DNA of 64,000 nt from Octopus sinensis (lineage: Eukaryota), in contig NW_021834239.1 in NCBI RefSeq assembly GCF_006345805.1, positions 1 through 64,000 on the forward strand, written 5' to 3'. A program made the position numbers and the translations under genes. Shown piece after piece: positions 12,293-25,372 of the stretch. Every line of letters starts with the position of its first letter. The stretch's first letter is position 1. The notes under the pieces were generated by a model that made no database searches, had not been told where the DNA came from, and was given only the letters and a program-made list of their open reading frames with translations.

Positions 12293-12620
12293 AGGATCTT
12301 TTCCTTTTGATAGCCAGATTTCAACACAATTTCTAGTTAACTAAATACCTTAAAACTTCGTATACTAGTAGAATGTACATTATTTTCACTTGGCTTTTTT
12401 GATAAATTTGTAATTCGTTTGTTTAACGTAGTTTAATTTTTCGAATTTTAACCAATCCTATGGTCTCTTTTGAGCTGAAATCATTTGCTGCGTTATCGAT
12501 ATTGATAAACAAACGAGGAGGGTTTTCTTTGACACATTCTACCAGTATACGAAGTTTCAAAGTGTTTAGTTAACTAGAAATTGTGTTGAAATCTGGCTAT
12601 CAAAAGGAAAAAGACCCCCC
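12293..12620. mobile_element. MITE with ~83-bp terminal inverted repeats
   Basis: 12294-12376 is the near reverse complement of 12534-12616 (tcttttccttttgatagccagatttcaacacaatttctagttaactaaa...). Flanked by (CA)n. Confidence 0.8.
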
Positions 12621-13133
12621 CACACACACACACACAAACATCGATGTGCCTGGTTATGAAGCTACCAAGAACTAAGTACATCTCGTACTAACATAAACAT
12701 TCACAGTCACACATTAACACACACACATGCACTTAAACACACACACACACATGTTTTTTTTTACCGAAATTTTGTCACTGTTCATATTTCACATGGATAT
12801 ATTCACATATACATGTGAACCACATGTACGTGAAGCTAAAACAATATCTACACGTAATAATGTTTCTCTACATGTGGTGTTATGGTGCGATCCCAAAAAC
12901 ATGTAAAAATATTTATCAGATAAGTTTCTAATTAATTAACGACTAAGAAGCAATTTCAAGATTTTTTAAAACTCAAAATAACTCTCCACCTACTAAGATT
13001 TCTTACATAACACAGAAAGAATGAGGAAGATATTCCTCATGGGAAAATGGACCAGATGCCGCTCTCTTTCTTTATCTCTCTCACTCATTCACTGCCTCTC
13101 TCTCTCTCTCTCTATTTATATATATATATATCT

Positions 13134-13356
13134 AGCTGGCAGAAACGTTAGCACGCCGGGCGAAACGCGTAGCCGTATTTCGTCTGCCGTTACGTTCTGA
13201 GTTCAAATTCCACCGAGGTCGACTTTGCCTTTCATCCTTTCGGGGTCGATAAATTAAGTACCAGTTACGCACTGGGGTCGATGTAATCGACTTAATCCGT
13301 TTGTCTGTCTTTGTTTGTCCCCTCTGTGTTTAGTCCCTTGTGGGTAATAAAGAAAT
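13134..13356 (+). mobile_element. Nin/Deu-domain SINE
   Basis: Head agctggcagaaacgttagcacgccgg, Deu/Nin-like core, tail ctgtgtttagtcccttgtgggtaataaagaaata. Confidence 0.85.
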
Positions 13357-13435
13357 ATATATATATATGTATATATAAAATGATAAACGAATAGATAGAT
13401 ATATAAATAGATAGATAGGTTGGTAGATAGGTAGG

Positions 13436-13473
<38 letters not shown>

Positions 13474-14275
13474 TGGTTTGAGATTTTGTTCGCTGATTTT
13501 TTTGTTTTGTTTTGGGGATTGTTTGTGTTTTTTTTTTTATTGTGCATTCTGTTATGCACAGCCCTACTCCTACAGGTTGCCATTACATTTTGCGCTTTAT
13601 TTTAATGAACGGATCAAAAAGCGAGCTGTGCATAAATTTGAACGTACAACCCAGAGACGTTTATACACATAAAATGCACGTAAATAAAACATAATTAAAA
13701 CTACATTTTATTTAGAGTTTATATATTTATTTAAAACTTCGTGTAGAACACAAAAAGTCACCTAAAACTTAAGCTAAATAGAGAAACCAATGAATTAATA
13801 AATTTTCGCATAAAACGCAATTGCTCTCAGGATTTTTTTTCGTTCAGAATCGTAATTTTTAGCCGCCTTTTTAATATATATTTTTTTCTTTCTAGAGTTC
13901 ATTTTCTCGTTTGCTTGCATTCTCCTCTCTTGTTAATTTATTATATTTTTTTTTATTTTACAGTTTGTCTCTTGTAAATATTTCTCCAGGTTTTAACACA
14001 TCAATAAGATTTCAAATGCTTGGATGACTAGTGTGCGTTGTACCGATTCTTTGTATTGCATAGTAGAGTGCTTCTGAGCTATTTATAGAATGAGATATCA
14101 CTCTTATAAATCGGACGCAACCATGCCAAGTAACTAACAGAAAAGGAGTTTTAAACCTTCATCTACCTACCCCAGCGACTTCCCCTAAATGGCCCTTTAT
14201 AATTAATGTTAAATTAAGTCATAACTGACTGCAGAATATCACCATCATCATCATCATCGTCGTCGTCGTCGTCAA

Positions 14276-14312
<37 letters not shown>

Positions 14313-14544
14313 GTCAACATCATCATAATAAAAAAGCTGCCCATATTTCATGAAGAATACTTAAATAGGTGTAGGAACATAATTGTAACTACACAAGGTA
14401 TTTTCGTATTTTCTATATTTCAAGCCTTCTTGCAAATATTTATTGACATTTTACCCTGAAGAGATTAAACTACCCGGCATATTTCTGCGGAGAAACGATT
14501 TCAAAATTTCTTATTCGAAGTCTTATTCGAAGGTAAAGATAGAT

Positions 14545-14612
14545 AGATAGACAGACAGGCAGGCAGACGGACAGACAGGTAGAAAGGCAGACAGGTAGAA
14601 AGGCAGACAGAC

Positions 14613-14694
<82 letters not shown>
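14545..14694. repeat. (GACA/GATA)n array at the LINE 3' junction
   Basis: Directly visible. Confidence 0.95.
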
Positions 14695-15052
14695 CATTTT
14701 ATTGTAGCCACACAGGGCTAAACACAGAATAAAAATGGACGAAATACAATGTAGAATTTTTTCTTTTCGAGGTGGGATGGGTGGGGCAAGAAGAAAAAAA
14801 AAAAAAAACGTTTGATCAATATGGATCTGTGGGTTGTGTGGTGTATAAAAAAGCAATATATATATATATATAAGGTTCACAGTTTAGGTGTAGTCTTGGA
14901 AAGAAAAACCTACAAAAAAGACCAAGGTCACCTCAGGCAATTCGAAAAAGAACACATGAGTAAGTCGCCTTACTTCTCGTTGTCTCTTTTGGTTACGGAT
15001 TTATGCTTAAAATAGTGTCGTCTTTCATACTGACCATTTTTGCCACTTTTAC

Positions 15053-18000
15053 CTACTTTTTATTAAAACATTCGTTCGACAAAGCCTTCCTCTCTATTCT
15101 CATCCTCCTTTTCAAGTGGTACTTGAAAAAGTTGACGAGAGACTGACCAGAGAGGAAGGTGTTTGTTTGCAGTCCTTTCAAACGCGTCCACCACACACAT
15201 TCTTTCGCCATAGCCATCAGCGTAACGAAAACCGTTTTCCCTTCCCGTTTAAAGGAAGGTGGTGGAACAATACTCACAATAGACTCGGCCGATAGGCGAG
15301 CCTGACCTACACGTGACAACAGCTGTTCGACGAAGGACCACAGCTCTGAAATATCTGGACACTGCACGAGTGCGTGCAGAACGGTTTTCGTCGCTCTGAC
15401 CGCATCTCGGGCAGGTCGGTCCGGTGATGGTTTTCGAACCGTGTCTGTAGCTCTTCTCTCGAACAGGTAGTGCGTCTCGATAGCACTGCCAAGCCAGGGA
15501 TTTCTGGAAGTTATCCATAGGCCCCGGCCCGAACGTCGTCCTGAACAGGCGGGTTAGGAATTCCTCGTCGACGCCCAGGTTTGCCCCGAGTGTGTCGTCG
15601 GACCTCCCCTCCACTAGTCCTCTATAGAACGCTTTAGTCGTTTGGAAGTTGCATAAGTTTGACCCCGGTCGGCAGAGCTGCTGTAGAGCTTGGCGACACT
15701 CTCGGTGCCAATCGCCCAGTTTCGGTCTCTTTTGATCCACGTTTGCAGTTCGGTCAGTGAGACGAGCTGCGGGAAGTCGCGCCTCACAAACGGCGCCCAC
15801 ACCTGTTCACCGTCGTCGATGAATTTCCAGAGATGTCGCAGTCTCAGCGCATGCCTGCGCATCATCAACCACGGCATGCCCAGTCCTCCATTCAACGGAT
15901 GTTGACAGCAAATGGACTTCCTCACCATCGGAACGCCACCCTTCCACAGGAAGCGGAAGAGTATGCGTTCCAGTTTGGTGATGGTGGCGTCGGGACAAGG
16001 TACGACGGTCAGGCGGTAATCGATGACGGATGCGATGTACGCGTTCGCCACCTCCGCCCGGCCTTTTAGAGACAGCTTTCTCTCGGCCCATGTTTGGCTG
16101 AGAGCGACCACTCTACTCGTGATCTCGTCCCAGTTCTTATCCATTTGGAGGTCCGGACTGAACCAGACCCCGAGCAATTTAACCGGTCCGTCCGTCCAGC
16201 GTCCCACTACTGAGCCGCAGTCGGACGGCATGGGCTTGCTTCTCCAGGTGCCGAGTAGCAAACCCACTGACTTTTCCGGGTTAATCTTTGCTCCCGTCAC
16301 CGTTTCATATTTTCTTAGTGTCTCGCCGACCAGCTCGATGTGCTGGTAGCTCGACACTATGACGGTGACATCGTCCGCATATGCCGACACGCTCGTCCCG
16401 CAACCCAGTTCCCGTGGGATGCCCCTCAGTGTCGCCAGCTTCCGCAGTAGCGGCTCGAGAGTCAATACATACAGAAGCGCCGACAGGGGACACCCTGACG
16501 GACGCGAACGCGTGATGTCAAACGGTTAGACAGGTGACCGTTCACCCGAATCACCGATCGGATGCCGCTATAAAGGCAGCGATCCAACCGCGGAAGACGG
16601 GACCGAAGCCAGCCGCCCTGAGGACGGCCGCCAAGTACCGATGGTCGACCCTATCGAAGGCTTTAGACTGATCCAAATTTATCAGCGCCCCACCCATGCC
16701 AGGATCCTTAACTACCCTGTCCACAATGTAGCGCATCAGATGGAGGTTGTCATGTATGGTCTGCCCGGCACGGCGCATGTTTGCGCCCTGTCGACCAGTT
16801 TACCAATGACAAGCGCCAACCTCTCGGCTATTACTTTGGCCAAAATTTTCAAATCTGCGTTGAGCAGAGTGATGGGCCTGAAATTATCTATAAAATTCCC
16901 CTTGTTTGAGTCTTTCTTCAGCAACGTCACTGCACCTCGGCTCACGAAACCGGGGATTCTCCCGTTTTGTTGCCAGTTGCAGTAGACTGATGCCAAGAGG
17001 TCGCCAAACAAGTCTGGCATTCGACAATACAGCTCGTAGGGTAAACCATCCAATCCAGGCGACTTATCCCTCGCGCAGCCCGCCATCGCATCCCACACGT
17101 CAGCGGCTGTGATGGGACTTTCACAACACTCCGCTTCTCTTGCCGAGAGCCGCGGCAGGTCGGTCAGGTAGGCACTGAAATCCATCCCTCGTTCCGACCC
17201 ACCACTCGCACCAAACAGTCGAGCAAAGTGCTGTTGAAAGGCCTCACACATCCTTTCGGGTTCGAGTAAACTGCATCCCTGTTGATATATTAGAGACCGA
17301 ATGGTTGATCTGTTGCCACGCTGCGCCTCCGCTACCCGGGCCTCTCGCGCAGCTTCAATCCCTTCGTTCCTTAAGGCACGCATTTTAGCTCTGACGACGC
17401 AACCTTCGTGCTTGGCGTTGAGGTGTTGGTCGAGGGCCATCCTCGCAGCCAGCACGTTGGTTGCGCTGCCAGTGGTAAGTGCCTCTTCTAGTTTCTTAAC
17501 TAAGTCTCCCTCTACTCTATTTCGTTCTATCGCTAATTCCTTGCTAAACCTAATTGATTCCGATTTTATTGCCATTTTCAGGGCGTACCACCAGCGGTTG
17601 TTAACGACCGCTCCTGTCAGCGCCCTCTTAATTAACTCGCTAATCCGGTTCCTGTAAACCTGTCGCGCTAACAGCGACGTGTTCAGTTTCCAGTAACCGG
17701 GACCCTGCCTATGTTTTTATCTGAGTCGAGCGTACACGTAACAAATTTGTGATCTGTGTAGCTGACTATTTTAAATTGTGGACATCCTACACTATCCCTA
17801 TCCGCTGTCCTGCATAGAATTCTATCTAGATAAGATCTCGACGATCCGACGCGGTTTGTCCAAGTCCACGTTGGCACGTTCGGATGGTCGAGTCGGAACC
17901 TGTCAGACAAATGGAAACGTCTGAGCAGGTCTTTGAGGCTCTTACACCCCCTTCTATTCCTATCCCTTCCAACATAATCTAGATGCGTGTCCAAGGTAGC

Positions 18001-18438
18001 GTTCCAATCCCCTACTAACAGTAAAGGTTTAGACGTACCCAGGAAAACCTCTAGACGTCTGAAGAAATCCGCCCGACCCGTTAAGGACGGTGCATAAACT
18101 GCCATCAGACGGAATGCACACCCATTTCTGCCATCCACGTCCAAGACAACCAGCCTACCCTCCGGGTCTAGGAATATTGCTCTTACTTTTACTTTCAGAC
18201 TCTTTCGAAAAAGCACTGCAGTACCTCCACCACCCATGTTCGGCAGACAGGGAGAAAAATAAATGTCAAATTGATTGCCAAACATGGACTCGAGGGCCCA
18301 CGGCTTACTGAGTCTGGTTTCGCTGATAGCTACTATATCCACGTCCAGTGACTTGATGTCGTTTAGAAGGTAACCTTGCTTCCAAGCCGACGCCAAGCCA
18401 CGCGCATTCACACAACCTAATTTAAGCATACTTGACAT
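15053..18438 (-). pseudogene. Tx1 ORF2 (APE endonuclease + reverse transcriptase + C-terminal zinc finger), split by 1-bp indels
   Basis: Motifs LGCVNARGL, ISET, GDWNA, SYLDRI, TDHK; GPGYWKLN; SPGLDG, RPITLLNADLKILAK, DQSKAFDRV, QGCPLS (reconstructed), YADD, FLWKG, GGLG, CPRC..H..QC. Confidence 0.9.
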
Positions 18439-18495
18439 TTACGAAAATTGTGTTTTACACACTATATTAGAAGAGACAAGAGGCAAGAAGTGAGG

Positions 18496-20257
18496 TCACT
18501 TACTCATTTTAAAAGTTTCATTTTTTTCTTCTTCTTCTTTTGTATCGTTTTTGATGAGGTGTTTGTATAGTTTTTTCGACAGGTATCGTTGATACCCGCC
18601 TACCGCATTCGGAAATAATGTTTTCAGTATGTGTGTGTTTGTGTTGGTTATGTAAAATTCTGATGTGTTTCGGTGGTGTGGTGTGCGGATGATTGTTTGT
18701 CTTAAAGTCATCTTCACAGACGACCATGTTAGATTTGATGTAGTCCATTAATTCTTTATTGGCTGTGTCTATTGCAGTTAGTTGTGTGTGTGGTTTTACG
18801 GGTTCATTACTTTTTTGATTGTCTAGGGGGATGTTGTCCTGAGTTAGATATCTCCCTGCTTTAATTCCTTGTTTGGTGGATTTTTTGGATCTTTTTCTTT
18901 TACCCCCTGTGGCTATTTGCCATTCCGTCGAACTTTCGTCGTCCGACGTATCAGTATGTATGGGGTAGAGGCAAAACATTTGCATTACTATGTATGCTTG
19001 TATAAATTGTTGATGTTTTGTGCGGTGTTTGTGTTGTTGTGGTGTTAGGGGTAGCATTTGTCTTCTCGTCAGTGTTTCTGTCTTTTTAATTGTCGTCCTG
19101 GGTGTGGGCGTGGGTCTATTTTTGTTAATTCAACAGGTTAATTGGTTGTGAAGTCAACGGTGATTGTGTTGGTACTGTTTTCTTGGTGATGTTGTGGGGT
19201 TTGTTTGCTGGTTTGTTGTTTTCTTGGCGTGTTCCATAATTGAGTGTGTTGGTGTTGGTGTTGGCAACAAAGGGATTTTATTTGTTTTCTGAATTGTTCT
19301 TTCTTGTTTTTTCTGTACCAGATCGCACTTGGCAATCAAATGTTCGGGGCTGCCACATTTGTAGCATCTAGGCTTTTTGCCTTCTGCTATAACATATAGG
19401 CATTGCCCATTCTCCAAGTATATCTTGTCGGGTAGGCTCTCGATAGAGGCCCCCTCAATCTGGATGGTCACTACTACTGTTTTTCCACCCCAATTGTCGT
19501 TTAGGTACACGGCTGTTTCTAGAATATTGATCTTTTTCAAGTGGTAACAGATTGCCCCTGTTATCCATTTGTTCGGCATATCGGGGGGTACATTTCTGAT
19601 AGTAATTCTACTCATCCTCTGGTTTTTATAATAAGGGACCATGATGATTTCATCATTTCCCAGAGACTCAGTAGAGTGAGCTTTTGCCACTTCCTGGTTA
19701 GGGAAGCGGACCACTACTGTGTTAAACTGGGGACCCCAGTTTATATACTCTTTTCTTTCATTATGTTTTTAAACATTTCTCCACATCAGTTTTTGTAATC
19801 TGTTCATTTGGTTTTTGTTTTTTCTAATAATTTTATATACAATTGTCTTATTTTCTATTTCTTGTTTTATATGTTGAGGTGTATGCAGGACTAAATCTTG
19901 TCCACGGGTTGTAAGAGAGAGCTCTTGTTTCTATGAGCTCTTCATTTGTGAATGTAACAATCTCCTTTTTCTGGCGAAGAATATCTGCGAAATTTAGTGT
20001 TGTTGACTTTTTGTATTGGCATCTTCACTATTAGATAGTTCATTTTTATTGTTGTTCTTGTTGTTGCTGTTGTTTTTGTCAATAGTTTTCGTTTCAGTTT
20101 TATTTTTATCATTTATGTTGGTCGTGGTAGTGGTGGTGGTGGTGGTGGGGGGTGGTGGTGTAGGTAGCAGTTGTTGTCTCGTGGTTGCTGTTGTAGTGGT
20201 GGTGGTGGCGGTGGTGACAGGGCTGTTAACGCACGTGGTTGCAGCGTTCATTCTCAC
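18496..20257 (-). pseudogene. Tx1 ORF1 (nucleic-acid-binding protein with CX2CX4HX4C knuckle), frameshifted
   Basis: Segment 19714-19154 reads RITIRNVPPD..CYKCGSPEHLIAKC. It is flanked by low-complexity T/Q/H-rich segments (20257-19994, 19057-18518). Confidence 0.7.
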
Positions 20258-20577
20258 CGAATTTTACGTTGGCATTTTCCGTGCGAACGTTCTTTTTTTT
20301 CTCTGTCGTTTCCAGACTAGGAAATGTTGTTCCATAAAAGAACGCGACCAGCGTTCAACAATAAAATTTCTAGACATTTTCTAATGTCGAGAAGAAAATA
20401 ATAGAAATGAAATGGGGTCGAAACTGCCCCTAGGGGCGAATTCCTCCCTTGGAAAAGCACTCAAATGAAAGTTGGTTGCCTTACACACCTTATTTGCAAA
20501 AATCTACACAAAAATTGGCCTATAAATAGTCAAAATAAATGATTACCTTCGGAGCTGAAACGACATCACATCCGTCA

Positions 20578-20657
<80 letters not shown>

Positions 20658-20695
20658 GTAGATAGATAGATAGATGGGTAGATAAATAGACAGAC

Positions 20696-20778
<83 letters not shown>

Positions 20779-20815
20779 TAGACAGACTGATAGACAGACA
20801 GATAGACAGATAGAT

Positions 20816-20862
<47 letters not shown>

Positions 20863-20875
20863 TAGATAGATAGAT
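20578..20875. repeat. (GATA/GACA)n array at the LINE 5' junction; a further array lies at 21057-21235
   Basis: Directly visible. Confidence 0.95.
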
Positions 20876-21053
20876 ATGTTTCTTTATTAGCCACACAGGG
20901 CTGCACACAGATAGAACAAATTACAAGGTAGAGCTTTTCTTTTGAAGGTTTAAAACAAAAAAAAAAAAAAGGAAGGGGGAGTTTCGATCAAAAGGGATCG
21001 TAAAAGGAGAGAAAGAGGACAAAAAAAAGGGGGGTTAAAAAAAAAAAAAAAAA

Positions 21054-21056
<3 letters not shown>
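20876..21056 (-). mobile_element. Short 3'-end copy related to the Tx1 LINE, in a GATA array
   Basis: Ends ctgtgtgcagccctgtgtggctaataaagaaacat-(CTAT)n, similar to the LINE end ctgtgtttagccctgtgtggctacaataaaatg. Homologous to 61033-61313. Confidence 0.75.
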
Positions 21057-21099
<43 letters not shown>

Positions 21100-21123
21100 C
21101 GATACAAAGACAGACATACAGAC

Positions 21124-21200
<77 letters not shown>

Positions 21201-21562
21201 GATAAATAGATAGATAGATAAATAGATGGATAGATATAGTGTGTTTGTTTGTGTGTGTGAGCTTGTGCATGTGTTTTCATTCCTAAGCAGACTCTTTAAC
21301 CCTTTTTAAACAGGTATAAGTTATAATCGATGTGAGATATAATCGATATATTATTGCAAAAGTATGTATGGTTTTATTCATGTCGCTTCCAAACGACCTC
21401 GTCTATACCATGGAGGACTGACACATTCATTTTTCGGCTTACAAATTCATGTTTTGAGCACTATCTACTTCAAACTTTCATTTACTTATAAATCTACGAA
21501 TTTATGAATGCGCATGTAATTTTGTATGCACCTGTTAAACTGGAAAGGAGAGGTTGAATGTG

Positions 21563-21616
<54 letters not shown>

Positions 21617-22444
21617 TATATGTGTGTGTGTATCAGGTTTCATGTAAACATATATGCTTAAATTTGTGTATGCATGCATATATGTGTGTGTGTATGTGCG
21701 CGTGTCTGTGTGTAACTCTATATATTTGTGTGCTGGTGTGTGTTAAGATAAATATTAGTTTTATATATAGCCTTCTTCTTGGTTCCACTTTGCATGCTGT
21801 CAATGTTTCAACTAGACCAGAATGTGGCATATGCCAACATTTTTAATGATGCACACCCAGCGTTAAATAATCTTCATTTTCGATTTTATCGGGGTTTCGG
21901 AAACTGGAAAACTGGCACTAATTATTTCCAAAAACTCTGCTAATACCGAAAAATAGAAAGAAGCAAACAAATATACCGATAATGAGTGTATATTTATAGA
22001 GCAAGAAATTTTTCCTCATTTCTTCTCCACCATATTATTTTCAACTTCAAGTTATTTTTTCCTCTTCTCCCTCTTCTTTTTTGATACTTTTCTTTTGCTT
22101 CTGTTTCGTCGTTTTTAGCTGTTTACCCTCTTCTCAATTTACTCCTTCCTGCCACATGTATTTTGTAGTAATGCCTTTTGTAATGTTATTCTATTGCTAT
22201 TATTATGAGGATGGTGCACATCAAATTCGAACACTGCATGACAAAAAGCCTTGTGCTATTTATGATTCTTTACATTCTAGATTTTTATGCTACACTAATG
22301 GATTCAGTTCTTCTCACTCCGAGAATTGTAGTCGCTGCAATAAACTGTAGCCCACCCACTGCAACAAATTTTGTTGCCCTGTCCTCACACTAAATATTCT
22401 TATTCTTCTTATTATTATTATTGCCATGTTCTTAAAATATATTT

Positions 22445-22676
22445 GTTTCTTTACTACTCACAAGGGGCTAAACATAGAGGGGGCAAACAAGGACAGACAA
22501 ACGGATTAAGTCGATTACATCGACCTCAGTGCGTAACTGGTACTTAATATAACGACCCCGAAAGGATGAAAGGCAAAGTCGACCTCGGCGGAATTTGAAC
22601 TCAGAACGTTGCGGCAGACGAAATATGGCTACACATTTCGCCCGGCGTGCTAACGTTTCTGCCAGCTCGCCGCCTT
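22445..22676 (-). mobile_element. Nin/Deu-domain SINE, full length
   Basis: Reverse complement of the 13134 family. Confidence 0.85.
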
Positions 22677-25372
22677 GTTCTTAAAATATATTGGTGCATA
22701 ACTATTGCAGTAATAAGTGAAGCTCTGTGTTTTAGTACTATCAGCTGCATTGCCTTATGGAAGCATAGAATTGTATTAGTATACTATATGGCTTTCTTGC
22801 TGACGACAAGAAAAGACAGATACATGTGAACTCTACCAGAAAAGATTCAAAAACTATATAAGGGTGATTACTCTCTGAGAAACGACCGAACTGTGATGAA
22901 AGCAGTGATGAGGACGATTAACTATCATATATGATCGAACCAATATTGAATACAGAAAACCATTTATCTGTAATGCAATGTTATTCCGTGCGTTTAACGA
23001 TTGCTCAGACACACATGTAGTCAGAACATAGGAGATACTCGGAAGATAGGTTAGAGATTAAAGGAAAAGACTGCAATCACTTGAAATAGTACTATACTGT
23101 AGAGTTAGAATATTATCTACTTTAAATTAATCAAAAATTGTTGGCGGGCACCTACCCGTACGAGTTGGTTTCATTCAGAATAAAGGGAGGTGAAAGAGGC
23201 TACGGAGTACAGTTCCATCTCAGAAACAGCTTCTTTTCCGGGTTTGGACAAGAGTCCGAAATTATTCTCTGATTTCATTTGAATATATGTTTGATTGTAT
23301 TTTGTTAAATGCACTCTATTTTGTTATATTTGATGTCTTTATTCCTGTATATTGTATATATTTTTATATAATTTTGAATTAACCGTACTTACAATGCAAA
23401 ATGTCTTACAGTCCTACTCACACCATTGTATGTCATATTTATCACAGCCCTTACTAATTTGACTGCAGCTGGGGTAGTTTAGTTTTTAGAAAATGAGGAC
23501 AGAGAGCGTCATTAATAGCGAGGAGCGACAAAATGAGACACCAAGGGCTGAATAACAACAAACTAACCCACACACAAGAAATGTAGTACGTGTAGAAAAT
23601 ATATATACAAATGTTATTGTCAGAGATATGATTCTTATAAGATCAAGTGACATTTTCTTCATAATGTTTGAGAAAGTAAGACATGTGGCATAACTGTTGG
23701 GCTGGAACTCTCTGGTCATCTAATACTTAGTGACCACTAATAATCACAAGGCTATTCCGCAGCTTTAACCTATTGGGTCACTGCTCTGGAATAAGAAGTA
23801 GGATCTCGCGAGGGACTAGAGCGTAAGTCAGTTTAACTCGGAATAAAAGTTACAAGATTTTGTTTTTACTTGGAGTAAAAAATATTGAACGATAGTCTTC
23901 TATCCGGAGAAGAAATAAAGTAAACAACAAAGGATTAAACAAAGCACTATGTTTGTTTTTTTTGTTTTCTTTTCTTTTTAAAGGATCAACAGTGGGGGAA
24001 GCACAATATATAACGTGTAACATTCTTCTATCAACAATCAAAAGATCAATGATAGCGTCCATTTGAAAAGAGAAGTTGCAAAGTTGACTTCCGTGAACAC
24101 AAATTAAAAAAAAGCGGGGAAAAGTACCGCGGACCATTATAACCAGCGCTCTACCGACCCAGCCAATTCCCCGGTTTATGTTGTTGTATAGCTCCATGCC
24201 AACCCTAGTTCCATCCGTGACAATTACTTTTTGATTTCAGGCCATGTATCGGAACTTTTATCTTAATAATACCCTTTCAGTTTTTTAAGATAGCCGGACA
24301 TTGTTCGAGGGAATCTTATTCTATCTTGCTTTTCTCTCTTGTTTTTTTTTTTTTTTTGCGTTCATTTGCTTTTTATTTTATTTTTGTAGTAGAGTAGGAT
24401 AATTAACAACTTTCAGTAATTAAAAGAGAGTGTCATTAAATTCTGAAGAACAGGAGATTACGTTTGAAACGTTATTTTATTTTCCACATCCGGGTGAGTT
24501 TATCTTAGATATGACCTCTGAATTATTTAAATTACGGAATATCCTTGAAATGTGTGAAATAGCTGAATGTTGACTTTATACATTTTTTTTTTCTCATATT
24601 ATTTTGAAAAGCTAAAATTCGAAAATGCTATTAGCCTTAAGATTTACACTCAACCTTGATCCTATTTCAATAGCTATATTTGACAAGAATTGAAATTAAT
24701 TAATGTGCTAATTAATTAATTAATTTTATTCATGAGATTTCAAGCATATTTATATATTAAAATATTTTTTAGATAAAAAAAAACGAAAATTATTATAAAC
24801 CCCCCATTTTCTCAATTATTTTATCAACACGTGAAGGGTGAACGACGGCAGAATTTCACTGGTTTGGAATATTATTTCCCCTTATATTCTGAGTTCAAAT
24901 TCCGCTGATAATGTATTGGATTTCGAATTCTTACATAGTCTGCATTAAAATAAAATAATTGAGTAACGCAATGGTATTGAGATAATGACCATGTTTCGTT
25001 GTGCCTCAAAAATAAAATCATTCTAAATACATATATTTGGAGGTAATATAACCGCTTTAAGTCCCGAATGATGTGTCGTGAGGGAAACGCCATCTAATAC
25101 ATTTATCAGTTGGAGATAGCTTACAAATATACTTAAAATCACGCAGCATCTTAAAAATGAACAAAATATTGCATAATATAATCTGCATTGCACTATGTGG
25201 AGTGGTCATATCTAGAATGCTTTCGAACATCTATTCTAGTAAGGTTCACATGGGACAAAGAATTTCTGAATAAATCACAAAATGACAGAAACTGTCCAAA
25301 CTTTTGCAGCAGAAAAACTTACTAATTTTTACATAAGTAGTAGCTACAATGACCTAACCAACAAAACGGACT

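Larger units (their letters stand above)
14695..20577 (-). mobile_element. Full-length Tx1-clade (L1 group) LINE, ~5.9 kb
   Basis: 5' UTR, ORF1 with a CCHC knuckle, ORF2 with APE-RT-Cys/His domains, and a 3' UTR ending AATAAAATG then (CTAT)n. The 5' end also abuts (CTAT)n. Confidence 0.9.

Noticed and set aside
24436-24480. CTGAAGA...GAAACGTT minimal hammerhead-like string
   Set aside because: There is no credible stem II and stem I is mismatched.
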